Part shown: positions 10,191 through 18,319 of the stretch, in pieces
Layout of the letters: the number at the start of each line of letters is the position of its first letter
Numbering within the stretch: position 1 is the stretch's first letter
Program-made: the position numbers and the translations under genes
The notes under the pieces: model-generated
What the model saw: the letters and a program-made list of their open reading frames with translations, nothing else
What the model was told of the DNA's origin: nothing
The model's database searches: none
NCBI GenBank assembly: GCA_947054085.1
Contig: CAMRVD010000002.1
Location: forward strand, 1 to 52,531
DNA: 52,531 bases
Reading direction: 5' to 3'
DNA from: an uncultured Clostridia bacterium
Lineage (GTDB): Bacteria > Bacillota > Clostridia > Christensenellales > UBA1242

Positions 10191-10310
10191 ATGAAAAAGA
10201 TAAGTATGCTATTATTGTTATGTTTAGGAATAGTGGTTATAACAGTTGGATTATTACTTGTTAAAAATGTTCCAAGTACTGGATTTTCATGGCTAATAAA
10301 AGTTAAATAA
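10191..10310 (+). CDS. possible 39-aa hydrophobic peptide (MKKISMLLLLCLGIVVITVGLLLVKNVPSTGFSWLIKVK)
   Basis: Short ORF below the track cutoff that I read myself. It has a single TM helix and no convincing RBS. Confidence 0.2.
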   Translation: MKKISMLLLLCLGIVVITVGLLLVKNVPSTGFSWLIKVK

Positions 10311-10456
10311 CCTTAAAAAAAGTGTACGTTTTACTTCTAGTTTTAAAATAGATTATAATACTTACTTATTATGTAAAATAAATAAATATTTAATGGTTTA
10401 CTTTTTTTTATAGTTTTGTTATTATATTTATATATTTGTACACAACGGAGAAAATA

Positions 10457-11434
10457 ATGAATTCAATAAACGATTTCAGTATAAAAAACTTAAACAATAT
10501 GGACATTCATACACTTCGACAATTTGCTAGGCAAGTTGGCGTAAATAGTCCTACTAGCAAAAAAAAGCACGAACTTGTTAGCAGTATATTAGACATTATT
10601 ACTGGTAAAGAAATCCCGGAATATAGAAATTCTACTAGGGGCAGACCTGCAAAAAATACCGATGTAAAATTTAAATGGACATCTATAGAAAAATCGGTAT
10701 TTGCTGATAATGTATTTAGTTATGCTTCTATGCAAGCAGCTAGTCCGTCCGAAGAATATAAAGTAGAAAAAAAACAATTAGGCGTTCTGTGTAAAGAGGA
10801 CGGAAATTGGCAAATAAAAAAATATAAATATACTTCGTCTGATACAGACTTTTACGTGAACGATACAATTGTTAATAAATATAAGCTTAAGGAAAACGAT
10901 ATTGTAGCTTATGTTAAAAGCATAGATGGTATACAAGTTACCAGTGTAAATGGTAAGCAAACCATATCGTCGGATGTAGAAATTTGCGGCAAAAAAATTA
11001 AACTAAATTCCAAAAATATTTTGTTTGTAAATACTGTAGAACAAAAACGAGGGCTTTTAAATGGGCTAGAATCTAACGGTAAAGTAGTCTTTTTGCCAAG
11101 TTCGCCCGAACCATATATAGATAGCCCCAATGTTTTAGTGATACAATCCAATTATCAAAAAGACGAAGAATTGATAAATAGTTTTTGTGCGTCGTTAGAT
11201 GTAGCGTTATTTTATAAAAGTACAGGGTGCAGTGTAAGTTTAGTTGCAGACAACTTTTTATTAGTAATAACTGCAATAAAAAGATTAGACGGATTAACTA
11301 ATCGTAAAGTAGAGTACGAAGTTATGAGTAAACTAAATAGTTTAACGGGTAAAGTTACGTTTATCGGAATAATCCCCGGCTCGCTAAAGGATGTATTTAC
11401 AAATTTAAAGGTTGGATTTGATAATATAGACTAA
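10457..11434 (+). CDS. Rho-like protein with Rho_N and OB-like regions but degenerate ATPase core
   Basis: ATG at 10457 after GGAGAAAATA. The N-terminus (LRQFARQVGV..SKKKHELVSSIL) resembles Rho_N. The middle resembles the Rho cold-shock-like fold. The positions equivalent to Walker A (GKKIKLNSKNILFV) lack GKT. Confidence 0.6.
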   Translation: MNSINDFSIKNLNNMDIHTLRQFARQVGVNSPTSKKKHELVSSILDIITGKEIPEYRNSTRGRPAKNTDVKFKWTSIEKSVFADNVFSYASMQAASPSEEYKVEKKQLGVLCKEDGNWQIKKYKYTSSDTDFYVNDTIVNKYKLKENDIVAYVKSIDGIQVTSVNGKQTISSDVEICGKKIKLNSKNILFVNTVEQKRGLLNGLESNGKVVFLPSSPEPYIDSPNVLVIQSNYQKDEELINSFCASLDVALFYKSTGCSVSLVADNFLLVITAIKRLDGLTNRKVEYEVMSKLNSLTGKVTFIGIIPGSLKDVFTNLKVGFDNID

Positions 11435-11555
11435 TATTTTTTAAAAGCCAAATAATAAAATTTATAATTTCGACACAACAGTGCATAATAACTAAAAGTT
11501 TTTATAAAAATTATATTATTATTTGTAATCTTTTTAGTTAAATTATCATACAAAT

Positions 11556-11586
11556 AAACAAGCAGACAAATTGGCCTGCTTGTTTT
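11556..11586. terminator. bidirectional intrinsic terminator
   Basis: AAACAAGCAG/CTGCTTGTTT 10-bp stem with a 10-nt loop, between convergent genes. Confidence 0.75.
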
Positions 11587-11595
11587 AAAATAAAG

Positions 11596-11859
11596 TTAAG
11601 ACGTACGAATATTTTCGATAACTAGTTTATCAAAATTTATACTTTCTACAAAATCTCGTTGTTTAAAACTTGTATTGTTATAGTTTACAAAGTGCTTAAT
11701 GTGCATAGGTAATACTATTGGCGAAGGAATATCAAGTTTATGGCATATTTCGGCTATATGAAGGTAAAAAGTATCATTTGTAAAATTATCGATACTTGTA
11801 TATGTCATTTGATTTTCAATTTTATCGCCGCACATAATCTTAACCCACATTTTAATCAT
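11596..11859 (-). CDS. hypothetical protein
   Basis: 87-aa ORF between a terminator and the greA promoter region. No recognisable family. Confidence 0.45.
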   Translation of the reverse strand: MIKMWVKIMCGDKIENQMTYTSIDNFTNDTFYLHIAEICHKLDIPSPIVLPMHIKHFVNYNNTSFKQRDFVESINFDKLVIENIRTS

Positions 11860-11933
11860 AAAATTACCTCTGTATGTAATTTATCATAACCAATAACAAG
11901 TGTGCAACAATAAAAATTATTTTTTTTAATTAT

Positions 11934-11962
11934 TTGACAAAAGTATTAAGTAACTATATAAT
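11934..11962 (+). promoter_or_regulatory. sigma-A type promoter of greA
   Basis: TTGACA (11934-11939), 17-nt spacer, TATAAT (11957-11962). Confidence 0.75.
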
Positions 11963-11984
11963 ATGCGCGTAAAAGGAGGGAGCA

Positions 11985-12452
11985 ATGGCAGATTTAGTTA
12001 TTACCGCCCAAGGCAAAAAAGAACTAGAAAAAAGACTTAGATTTTTAAAGGTAGAACGTAGACCAATAGTGGCAGAACATATAAAAGTGGCAAGAGAATA
12101 TGGTGACCTAAGCGAAAATAGCGAATACGATGCAGCAAAAAAAGAGCAAACTCAGCTAGAGAGCGAAATTTTTACTATAGAAGAAACCCTTAGAAACGCT
12201 AAAGTGGTAGAAGCAAAGCACATAACAACCGATACTATAGATGTTGGAAACACTGTTATACTTTACGATGCCGAGTTTGACGAAGAACTTAAATATCGTA
12301 TTGTTGGTTCTATAGAAAGCAATCCAGATAAAGGCTATGTTTCTAACGAGTCGCCTATAGGCAAAGCATTACTTGGCAAAAAGGAAGGCGACGAAGTAAA
12401 AATTCAAACACCCGGCGGCGAACTTATTTTAAAAGTTATAAAAATTTCTTAA
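11985..12452 (+). CDS. greA: transcription elongation factor GreA
   Basis: 155 aa, GGAGGGAG RBS. Typical GreA coiled-coil (AREYGDLSENSEYDAAK) and C-terminal globular domain. Confidence 0.95.
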   Translation: MADLVITAQGKKELEKRLRFLKVERRPIVAEHIKVAREYGDLSENSEYDAAKKEQTQLESEIFTIEETLRNAKVVEAKHITTDTIDVGNTVILYDAEFDEELKYRIVGSIESNPDKGYVSNESPIGKALLGKKEGDEVKIQTPGGELILKVIKIS

Positions 12453-12508
12453 TTATATAGGTTATTGCAGATAATGTTTAAACATTATATTAAATTATCT
12501 ATAACAAC

Positions 12509-12546
12509 AAAAAGTCAATTAATAAATAAGATTGACTTTTTTTTTG
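12509..12546 (+). terminator. intrinsic terminator after greA
   Basis: AAAAAGTCAAT/ATTGACTTTTT stem followed by a long T-run. Confidence 0.75.
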
Positions 12547-12566
12547 CAGTGTGATAGTTTAAAAAT

Positions 12567-13505
12567 ATGGATTATACTAGTGTTATATTGCAAAGCAATA
12601 AGTATAATAAAATTGTTGACGAATTGGATAGTGATAAACTTTGTCACGCTTATTTAATTAAAAGTGCCGACCAAGATTATTTAAAACAATTTTGTTTTTG
12701 TGTTGCAGCTAAAATTGTAAATAGTAACTTAAATAGTATCCAAAAAAATATACATCCAGATGTTTTTATTAGTGAAAAACTAGATGCTGATGGTGTAAAT
12801 AGTTTAGCTGAGTCGCTTTATATTAGTCCGTATCAATCAGACAAAAAAGTTTATGTACTGTTAAATGCTGAAAATATAAACGAGGTTAGTCAAAATAAAC
12901 TTTTAAAATCGTTAGAAGAGCCGCCTAAAAATGTTGTTTTTTTGCTGGCATGCAATAGTACAAATAAAATACTTTCAACCGTAAAAAGCAGAACTAAGTT
13001 GATAGAACTAGATAATCTTAGTAATGACCAAATTTTAGATATTCTTGTTAGCAATGGAAGCGATAAAAATTTAGCTCAGATTGCAGTTTGTAATTGCGGG
13101 GGTAATAGTACATTAGCAAAAAAGTTTACAAGTGATAATTTTTTAAACTTGTATAATATTTGCTTAGATATGCTAGAAAATGTAAAAAGTAGTAGAGATT
13201 GCTTATTGTTTGTAAATTTATTGGACAGTAAAACCATAGATAAAAGCGAGTTGCTAGATTTGGTTATGATACTTATGCGTGATTGCTTGGTTATTATTAG
13301 TGGAAACCCTAGTCTAGTGCAAAATAGTCATCAGTTAGATAGATTAAAACTTATATCTAGTAGTTTTACACCTTTGGCTGCAAGTAATATAATAAGTATA
13401 TGTTTAAAACTAAAAGAAGATTTATTTTTTAATGCTAATGGTGTTCAAGTTATAGATAAACTTGTAATGCGTATAGCCGAGGAGAAATTTAAATGCAAAA
13501 AGTAA
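12567..13505 (+). CDS. holB: DNA polymerase III delta-prime subunit
   Basis: 312 aa, clamp-loader-like (HAYL..., SRT-type motif VKSRTKLIEL). It occupies the conserved position upstream of ricT/yaaT. Confidence 0.7.
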   Translation: MDYTSVILQSNKYNKIVDELDSDKLCHAYLIKSADQDYLKQFCFCVAAKIVNSNLNSIQKNIHPDVFISEKLDADGVNSLAESLYISPYQSDKKVYVLLNAENINEVSQNKLLKSLEEPPKNVVFLLACNSTNKILSTVKSRTKLIELDNLSNDQILDILVSNGSDKNLAQIAVCNCGGNSTLAKKFTSDNFLNLYNICLDMLENVKSSRDCLLFVNLLDSKTIDKSELLDLVMILMRDCLVIISGNPSLVQNSHQLDRLKLISSSFTPLAASNIISICLKLKEDLFFNANGVQVIDKLVMRIAEEKFKCKK

Positions 13506-14341
13506 CAGGTATTTGTTTGCCTAAATTAAACAAAGTTTACTTTTATAAATATAATAATAATTATAACAAGGGCGATAAAGTTGTAGTAGATAGCTCGGAA
13601 ACTTTGGTTGTTGCAACAGTAGATTTTGCATGTAAAGAAGTAGAGGATTCTTGTATAATTACTCCTCTAAAAGAGATTATCCGAAAAGCTACCGAGGCGG
13701 ATTTAAAAAAGTCAGAAGAAAATGCAAAAAAAGCCATAGATGCTATAAAAATTACTCAAAAACATGTACGTAGCCTTAAGTTAGACATGAAGGTTGTAGA
13801 TGTAACATATAGCTTAGACGATAGTAAGGTTTTAATAGAATTTACTGCCGAAGATAGGGTGGATTTTAGAGATCTTTTAAAACTTCTTGCAAATAGTTTA
13901 AAAACTCGAATAGAACTAAAACAGATTGGTCAGAGGGACGAAGTTAAAATAAAAGGTGGAATCGGACCTTGCGGCGAAATGTGCTGTTGTAAACGGTTTT
14001 TAAAGGATTTTGAACATGTAACAATAAAAATGGCAAAAAATCAAGGACTAAGTTTGTCGCCAACAAAAATAAGCGGGCTTTGTGGCAGACTTATGTGTTG
14101 TTTAGGATACGAGAATCCTGTTTACGAAGAAGTTATAAAATCTATGCCTAAAATAAACAGCAAGGTAATTACTCCTGTTGGCGAAGGCGTTGTTGTGTAT
14201 AACGATATTTTAGGCAAAAATGTATCGGTAAAAATTAGTAAAGGTGACGATTTTGAAATTGTTACTTATCCAGTACAAGAAATTTCACAAAATAAGGAGA
14301 AAAACGATGGCATACAAAATAAACCAAAAAAAGTGCATTAA
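13493..14341 (+). CDS. ricT: PSP1-domain protein RicT/YaaT
   Basis: PSP1 C-terminal-type Cys-rich region (GPCGEMCCCKRFL...LCGRLMCCLGYE). Overlaps the holB stop. Confidence 0.85.
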   Translation: MQKVTGICLPKLNKVYFYKYNNNYNKGDKVVVDSSETLVVATVDFACKEVEDSCIITPLKEIIRKATEADLKKSEENAKKAIDAIKITQKHVRSLKLDMKVVDVTYSLDDSKVLIEFTAEDRVDFRDLLKLLANSLKTRIELKQIGQRDEVKIKGGIGPCGEMCCCKRFLKDFEHVTIKMAKNQGLSLSPTKISGLCGRLMCCLGYENPVYEEVIKSMPKINSKVITPVGEGVVVYNDILGKNVSVKISKGDDFEIVTYPVQEISQNKEKNDGIQNKPKKVH

Positions 14342-14483
14342 ATGCGGAGCATGTGTTGGAGCATGTCCTGTTGGAGCTATTAGTTACGATGCTAATGGTA
14401 ATGTTGTAATAGACCCTAAAAAATGCATTAGTTGCGGCACTTGTTATGCGGTTTGCCCAGTAGGTGCACCCGAAGTACAATAG
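14307..14483 (+). CDS. 2x[4Fe-4S] ferredoxin
   Basis: 58 aa with two CxxCxxCxxxCP motifs and AAGGAGAAAAACG before the ATG at 14307. The longer track ORF from 14244 overlaps ricT. Confidence 0.85.
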   Translation: MAYKINQKKCIKCGACVGACPVGAISYDANGNVVIDPKKCISCGTCYAVCPVGAPEVQ

Positions 14484-15145
14484 TGAAGCGTATAGAAGAT
14501 TTACAGTGCGGCGGGCTTGTAATTGTGCAAGATAAGCAAAGTTACAATTTTACAAGCGATGCAGTACTCTTAGCAAACTACTTTAAAGCAAATGCGGGCG
14601 ACAACGTTGTAGAGCTATGCTCGGGCAGTGGGGTTATTAGTATACTTGGCACTAAAAAAACAAGTGCCAAGCATTTTTATTGCTTCGAAATTCAAGAGGC
14701 TTTGTATAAGGACTGCCTAGAGAGTATAAACCTAAACAAAATTACTAATATGGATGTCTACAATGCAGATTTAAAGGATGCTCCGCAAATTTTAAAGGAC
14801 ACAAGGGTAGATGTTGTAGTGGTTAACCCTCCGTACTTTACTAGCACTAAAAAAAGCCAAAACAAAATTGTGGCGGCGGCAACGCACGAAATCTACACAA
14901 CTCTAGAAGATATTTGCAAAATTGCAGGTAAACTACTAAAGTATGGCGGCAAACTATACATGGTGCATACGGCATCTAGATTAGCCGAAATCTGTCATAC
15001 ATTAATAGAAAACAACTTAGAGCCAAAGGAAATTGTACTTGTAAAGCCCACTGCCAGTAAGGACGCAAATGTTATACTTATTACTGCAACAAAAGGCGGC
15101 AAGGTTGGGCTAAATATAAGCGAGATGATTAGCACCACAAACTAA
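14483..15145 (+). CDS. SAM-dependent N6-adenine methyltransferase, tRNA1(Val) m6A37 YabB/TrmN6-like
   Basis: GTG at 14483 overlaps the ferredoxin stop (TAGTG). Has an NPPY motif (VVVNPPYF), a SAM-binding ELCSGSG motif, and the conserved yabB position. Confidence 0.7.
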   Translation: MKRIEDLQCGGLVIVQDKQSYNFTSDAVLLANYFKANAGDNVVELCSGSGVISILGTKKTSAKHFYCFEIQEALYKDCLESINLNKITNMDVYNADLKDAPQILKDTRVDVVVVNPPYFTSTKKSQNKIVAAATHEIYTTLEDICKIAGKLLKYGGKLYMVHTASRLAEICHTLIENNLEPKEIVLVKPTASKDANVILITATKGGKVGLNISEMISTTN

Positions 15146-15226
15146 AGTTTTTTTGGTGTTCTTTTTTGTTTTTGCTATTGACAAAATAATGATTTGATGA
15201 TAACTTATATTTAAGGAGATAAGTAA

Positions 15227-15742
15227 ATGAATAGATTTTACGATATTAAAGATATACAAAGTTTTTTAATGGATAAACAGTACATGTGGAATGGTAAACG
15301 CTGTGACGGTTATGGTTACGACAATGAAGACTTTAGCGTAGATATGTTTGAAATTTGTGATGGTATACCTGTAAAATTAACAACATTTAACGATGAAACA
15401 CTTTATAGAGTATTAGATATTGGCTTAACAAATTTTGGTATTATGGAAACATACGACGAAGGATATGACCATCCAGAGATAGTTACTTATTTAGATAAGG
15501 ATTTATCAACGGATTGGATTGAATTTTTATTAAAAAAGAATGGTAAAACTTACGCTGAGATTTTATCTAAAACTATGAATAAGTTAATAGAGAGAAGAGA
15601 AGATGCTCTTCAAGAAGAATTAAAACCTCATCAGGAAAAAATTGAACAAATTAAAGCAAAGTATACCAAAGAAATTAATCAATATAAAGAAATGCAAAAA
15701 TTAGCTAGCACCTACATTGGTAGCCAACCAGGCGAAAACTAA
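15227..15742 (+). CDS. hypothetical protein
   Basis: 171-aa ORF with AAGGAGA RBS. Acidic N-domain plus a coiled-coil tail, no family recognised. Confidence 0.5.
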   Translation: MNRFYDIKDIQSFLMDKQYMWNGKRCDGYGYDNEDFSVDMFEICDGIPVKLTTFNDETLYRVLDIGLTNFGIMETYDEGYDHPEIVTYLDKDLSTDWIEFLLKKNGKTYAEILSKTMNKLIERREDALQEELKPHQEKIEQIKAKYTKEINQYKEMQKLASTYIGSQPGEN

Positions 15743-15750
15743 AATATACA

Positions 15751-15786
15751 AAAAATACTCCGCATTTTGGAGTATTTTTATTTTTC
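15751..15786. terminator. bidirectional intrinsic terminator
   Basis: AAAAATACTCC/GGAGTATTTTT stem flanked by A/T runs. Confidence 0.75.
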
Positions 15787-15987
15787 AAATAAATCTTTTA
15801 TTTGCACTTGTAGCACCCGTGCAATTTTGAAAAGTGCAATAGTATTAAAGTTTTGTTTGTTACCGAGTATTTTTTTTAAGAGTGCTATTACTTATTTTGC
15901 ACCGTTTGCAAAACTTAGTTTTGCTAATACCATTTTCTTTATGTGATCCTTGGTTAAATATGTTTTGATATCGTTTGTAATAATTTG
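15778..15987 (-). pseudogene. XRE-family HTH gene, disrupted (frame changes and no ATG)
   Basis: The reverse-strand reading gives three pieces. IITNDIKTYLTKD is in one frame. KENGISKTKFCKRCKISNSTLKK is in the +1 frame. ILGNKQNFNTIALFKIARVLQVQIKDLFEK is back in the first frame after an A8 run. The only start-like codon after AAGAGG is ATT. Confidence 0.55.
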
Positions 15988-15993
15988 CCTCTT

Positions 15994-16009
15994 ATTACAT
16001 ATATGTAAT
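15994..16009. promoter_or_regulatory. perfect 16-bp palindrome ATTACATATATGTAAT (operator-like site O1)
   Basis: Self-complementary sequence in the spacer between the two divergent XRE remnants. Confidence 0.45.
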
Positions 16010-16046
16010 AAACATATCACTACGAAATCGTAGTGTTAAGGATTTT

Positions 16047-16062
16047 ATTACGCATATGTAAT
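16047..16062. promoter_or_regulatory. near-palindrome ATTACGCATATGTAAT (operator-like site O2)
   Basis: Same half-sites as O1, about 53 bp away. Overlaps the TAATAT -10-like hexamer upstream of the 16074 ATG. Confidence 0.45.
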
Positions 16063-16073
16063 ATCATATAAAT

Positions 16074-16285
16074 ATGAAAAATAAAAGAAAATTTCCAGAA
16101 ATATTAAAAGAATTGAGATTAGAGAAAAATTTGTCTTTAATGGCATAGGTAAACTAATAGGAATTTCTGATGCTTCTATTTGTAGATGGGAAAATGGTCA
16201 AGCAGATATTACCAGTGAAAATCTTATAGTTTTAGCAAAATTTTTTGGTGTGATAACTGATTACTTATTAGGTTTAGAAGATTAA
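16074..16285 (+). pseudogene. XRE-family HTH gene with a 1-nt frameshift
   Basis: MKNKRKFPEILKELRLEKNLSLMA* reads in one frame. (F)NGIGKLIGISDASICRWENGQADITSENLIVLAKFFGVITDYLLGLED* reads in the next. Adding one A at TTAAT would restore a ~70-aa Cro/cI-type protein. Confidence 0.65.
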
Positions 16286-16406
16286 CTGTCGGGTTATTTT
16301 TTAATTTGATTTGAAACGAACAATATTATATTTTTCGGGTGTCCAAAGGTCATCGAATTTCAGGCAAATACATAGGTCATTTTATTTTGATATGTCATTT
16401 AGCTTT

Positions 16407-16913
16407 TTAAATAAATCGGCAGATCCAGCACGCCAGCACACTCCCTAAAAAAGTTGCAATAAGTGCCACTGGTATGGTGTATTTTAGTTTTTTTAGCTTA
16501 GTACTGCTAAAATAAAGTGCAACTATGTAAAAAGTTGTTTCGCTGCAGCTCATAATAACGCAGGCACATTTGCTAACATAACTATCTACGCCATATGTAC
16601 CAAATATTTCCGATAGCATAGCTAAACTTCCCGATCCTGTAAATGGTCGAAGCACCATAAACTCGGTTAATTCTTTTGGCATGCCAATCATTTTAAAAAA
16701 GGGCGAAACGTAGCCCGAAATTACATTAGATAAGCCACTTAACTTAAACAGTTCTACACCTACAAAAATTGCAACAAGATAAGGAAATGTGTTTATGCAA
16801 AGATCTACGCTTTCTTTTGCCCCTGCAACAAAGCTATCGTAGGCGTTAATTTTTTTTATAAAGCAATATATGCAAAGGGCGATTAAAAATATGGGTATAA
16901 TGTAACTAGCCAT
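16407..16913 (-). CDS. spmB: spore maturation protein B
   Basis: 168-aa polytopic membrane protein of the nucleoside-recognition (Gate) type, overlapping the upstream spmA-like gene. Confidence 0.75.
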   Translation of the reverse strand: MASYIIPIFLIALCIYCFIKKINAYDSFVAGAKESVDLCINTFPYLVAIFVGVELFKLSGLSNVISGYVSPFFKMIGMPKELTEFMVLRPFTGSGSLAMLSEIFGTYGVDSYVSKCACVIMSCSETTFYIVALYFSSTKLKKLKYTIPVALIATFLGSVLACWICRFI

Positions 16914-17505
16914 TTTTAGACCCCTTTTTTTGTAACTTTAATTCTACGAAATGACACATTTTAACCAGAATTATGCCAATGGCGGTACTACAAAGCCCTG
17001 CAATAATACTAGGTAATATAATTGCTGACGGATTTTTGCTGCCGGCACTTGTCATCATGCCAATTATACTGGTTGGTAGAATCTGTATACTGGTGCAACA
17101 AATTACAACCAGCATTATCATAGGAAAGGTTGCCTTACCGGTTTTGTTGTCCTTGTTCATGCTGTCTATTGCTTTTATTCCAAGTGGAGTTGCTGCTCCA
17201 TTCATACCAAGAATATTTGCACTCATGTTCATACTAACTAGTTGTTTGCTTTCGTTAGAGAGAGTATTTTTGCCAAAAATAAAATTAACCACTGGCGACA
17301 AAAGTTTGTTTAGCCACTTGCTTATTTTGGTCTTAGATAGTATATTAAATATGCCTGTCCAAACAGCGTAAACAGCACAAAGTTCTAAACAAAGTTTTAC
17401 TGCTTTGTTGCCGGCACTAGAAAGGCCAATAAGAACATCTGCTGGGTTAAAAATTGTTAGGGCTGTTAGACCGGATATTAAAAGTATAAGCCAAACTTTA
17501 TTCAT
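16906..17505 (-). CDS. spmA: spore maturation protein A
   Basis: Nucleoside-recognition-domain membrane protein. I chose the start at MNKVWLILLISG (17505). The longer track ORF would run into tatD. Confidence 0.75.
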   Translation of the reverse strand: MNKVWLILLISGLTALTIFNPADVLIGLSSAGNKAVKLCLELCAVYAVWTGIFNILSKTKISKWLNKLLSPVVNFIFGKNTLSNESKQLVSMNMSANILGMNGAATPLGIKAIDSMNKDNKTGKATFPMIMLVVICCTSIQILPTSIIGMMTSAGSKNPSAIILPSIIAGLCSTAIGIILVKMCHFVELKLQKKGSKNG

Positions 17506-17548
17506 ATTAAAGTGTATGAGTAAAAGATTAATAATATGAGGGGTTTTT

Positions 17549-18319
17549 ATGATAGACGCACATGCACATCTTTTAAGTGATAAATTTGATAACAAATTAA
17601 TAATTGCAAACATGAAAGACGACGGGCTAGATTGTATAATTAATATTGGCACAAGCCTAGCCGATAGCATTAAAGGTATAGAATTAGCTGACAAAAATAA
17701 GCATATTTTTACAACAGTTGGTATTCATCCCGAATATGCAGAATCGGCAACTTTAGATAAGCTGATCGAGTTGGAAAATTTGCTTAGTAAAAGTAAAGTA
17801 GTTGCGGTTGGCGAAATTGGACTAGATTATCATTATAAAGCCGACGAACCAATAAAACAAAAACAAAAAGAAATATTTGTTTATCAATTAAAGTTAGCAA
17901 ACAAGTATAGTTTGCCAGTGGTTATACATTGTAGAGACGCTGCCGAAGATATTTTGCAAATTTTAAAAACTAATAAAAAATATCTAAATAATGGCGTTTG
18001 TATGCACTGCTACAGCGAAGGGACTGAGTATGCAGAGGCGTTTAAAAATCTTGGATGTTACTTTAGTTTTACTGGTAATATTACATTTAAAAAAGTTGAT
18101 CGGTCGTTTTTAAAAAATTTGCCCATAGATAAAATAATGGTAGAAACCGATTGCCCGTACCTTGCCCCCGAACCACTTAGAGGTACAATAAACCAGCCCA
18201 AAAATGTAATAATAACTGCTCAAAAAATAGCTGACGAATTACAAATGACCTTACAAAATTTTGAAAAATTTACTGTAAGCAATACAAAAGAGTTTTTTAA
18301 GCTGAAAAACAAAATTTAA
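17549..18319 (+). CDS. tatD: TatD-family metal-dependent hydrolase/DNase
   Basis: MIDAHAHL N-terminus, GEIGLDYH, and the VIHCRDA and ETDCPYL motifs. Confidence 0.92.
   Translation: MIDAHAHLLSDKFDNKLIIANMKDDGLDCIINIGTSLADSIKGIELADKNKHIFTTVGIHPEYAESATLDKLIELENLLSKSKVVAVGEIGLDYHYKADEPIKQKQKEIFVYQLKLANKYSLPVVIHCRDAAEDILQILKTNKKYLNNGVCMHCYSEGTEYAEAFKNLGCYFSFTGNITFKKVDRSFLKNLPIDKIMVETDCPYLAPEPLRGTINQPKNVIITAQKIADELQMTLQNFEKFTVSNTKEFFKLKNKI

Noticed and set aside
14244-14482. Longer versions of the ferredoxin ORF (from 14244) and the methyltransferase ORF (from 14432)
   Set aside because: The extensions overlap neighbouring genes and encode unrelated residues. Internal starts at 14307 (with AAGGAGA) and 14483 (GTG overlapping the stop) give canonical N-termini.
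15778-16285. Alternative genetic code or stop-codon read-through to explain the interrupted XRE genes
   Set aside because: TAA, TAG and TGA all terminate well-supported genes throughout the window. The homologous sequence continues in a different frame, which indicates indels rather than recoding. Homopolymer assembly errors remain possible and are listed as a check.
17506-17694. N-terminal extension of the spmA ORF (track start at 17694)
   Set aside because: The extension would overlap the tatD coding start on the other strand and encodes non-membrane junk. MNKVWLILLISG at 17505 is the natural start of the nucleoside-recognition domain protein.
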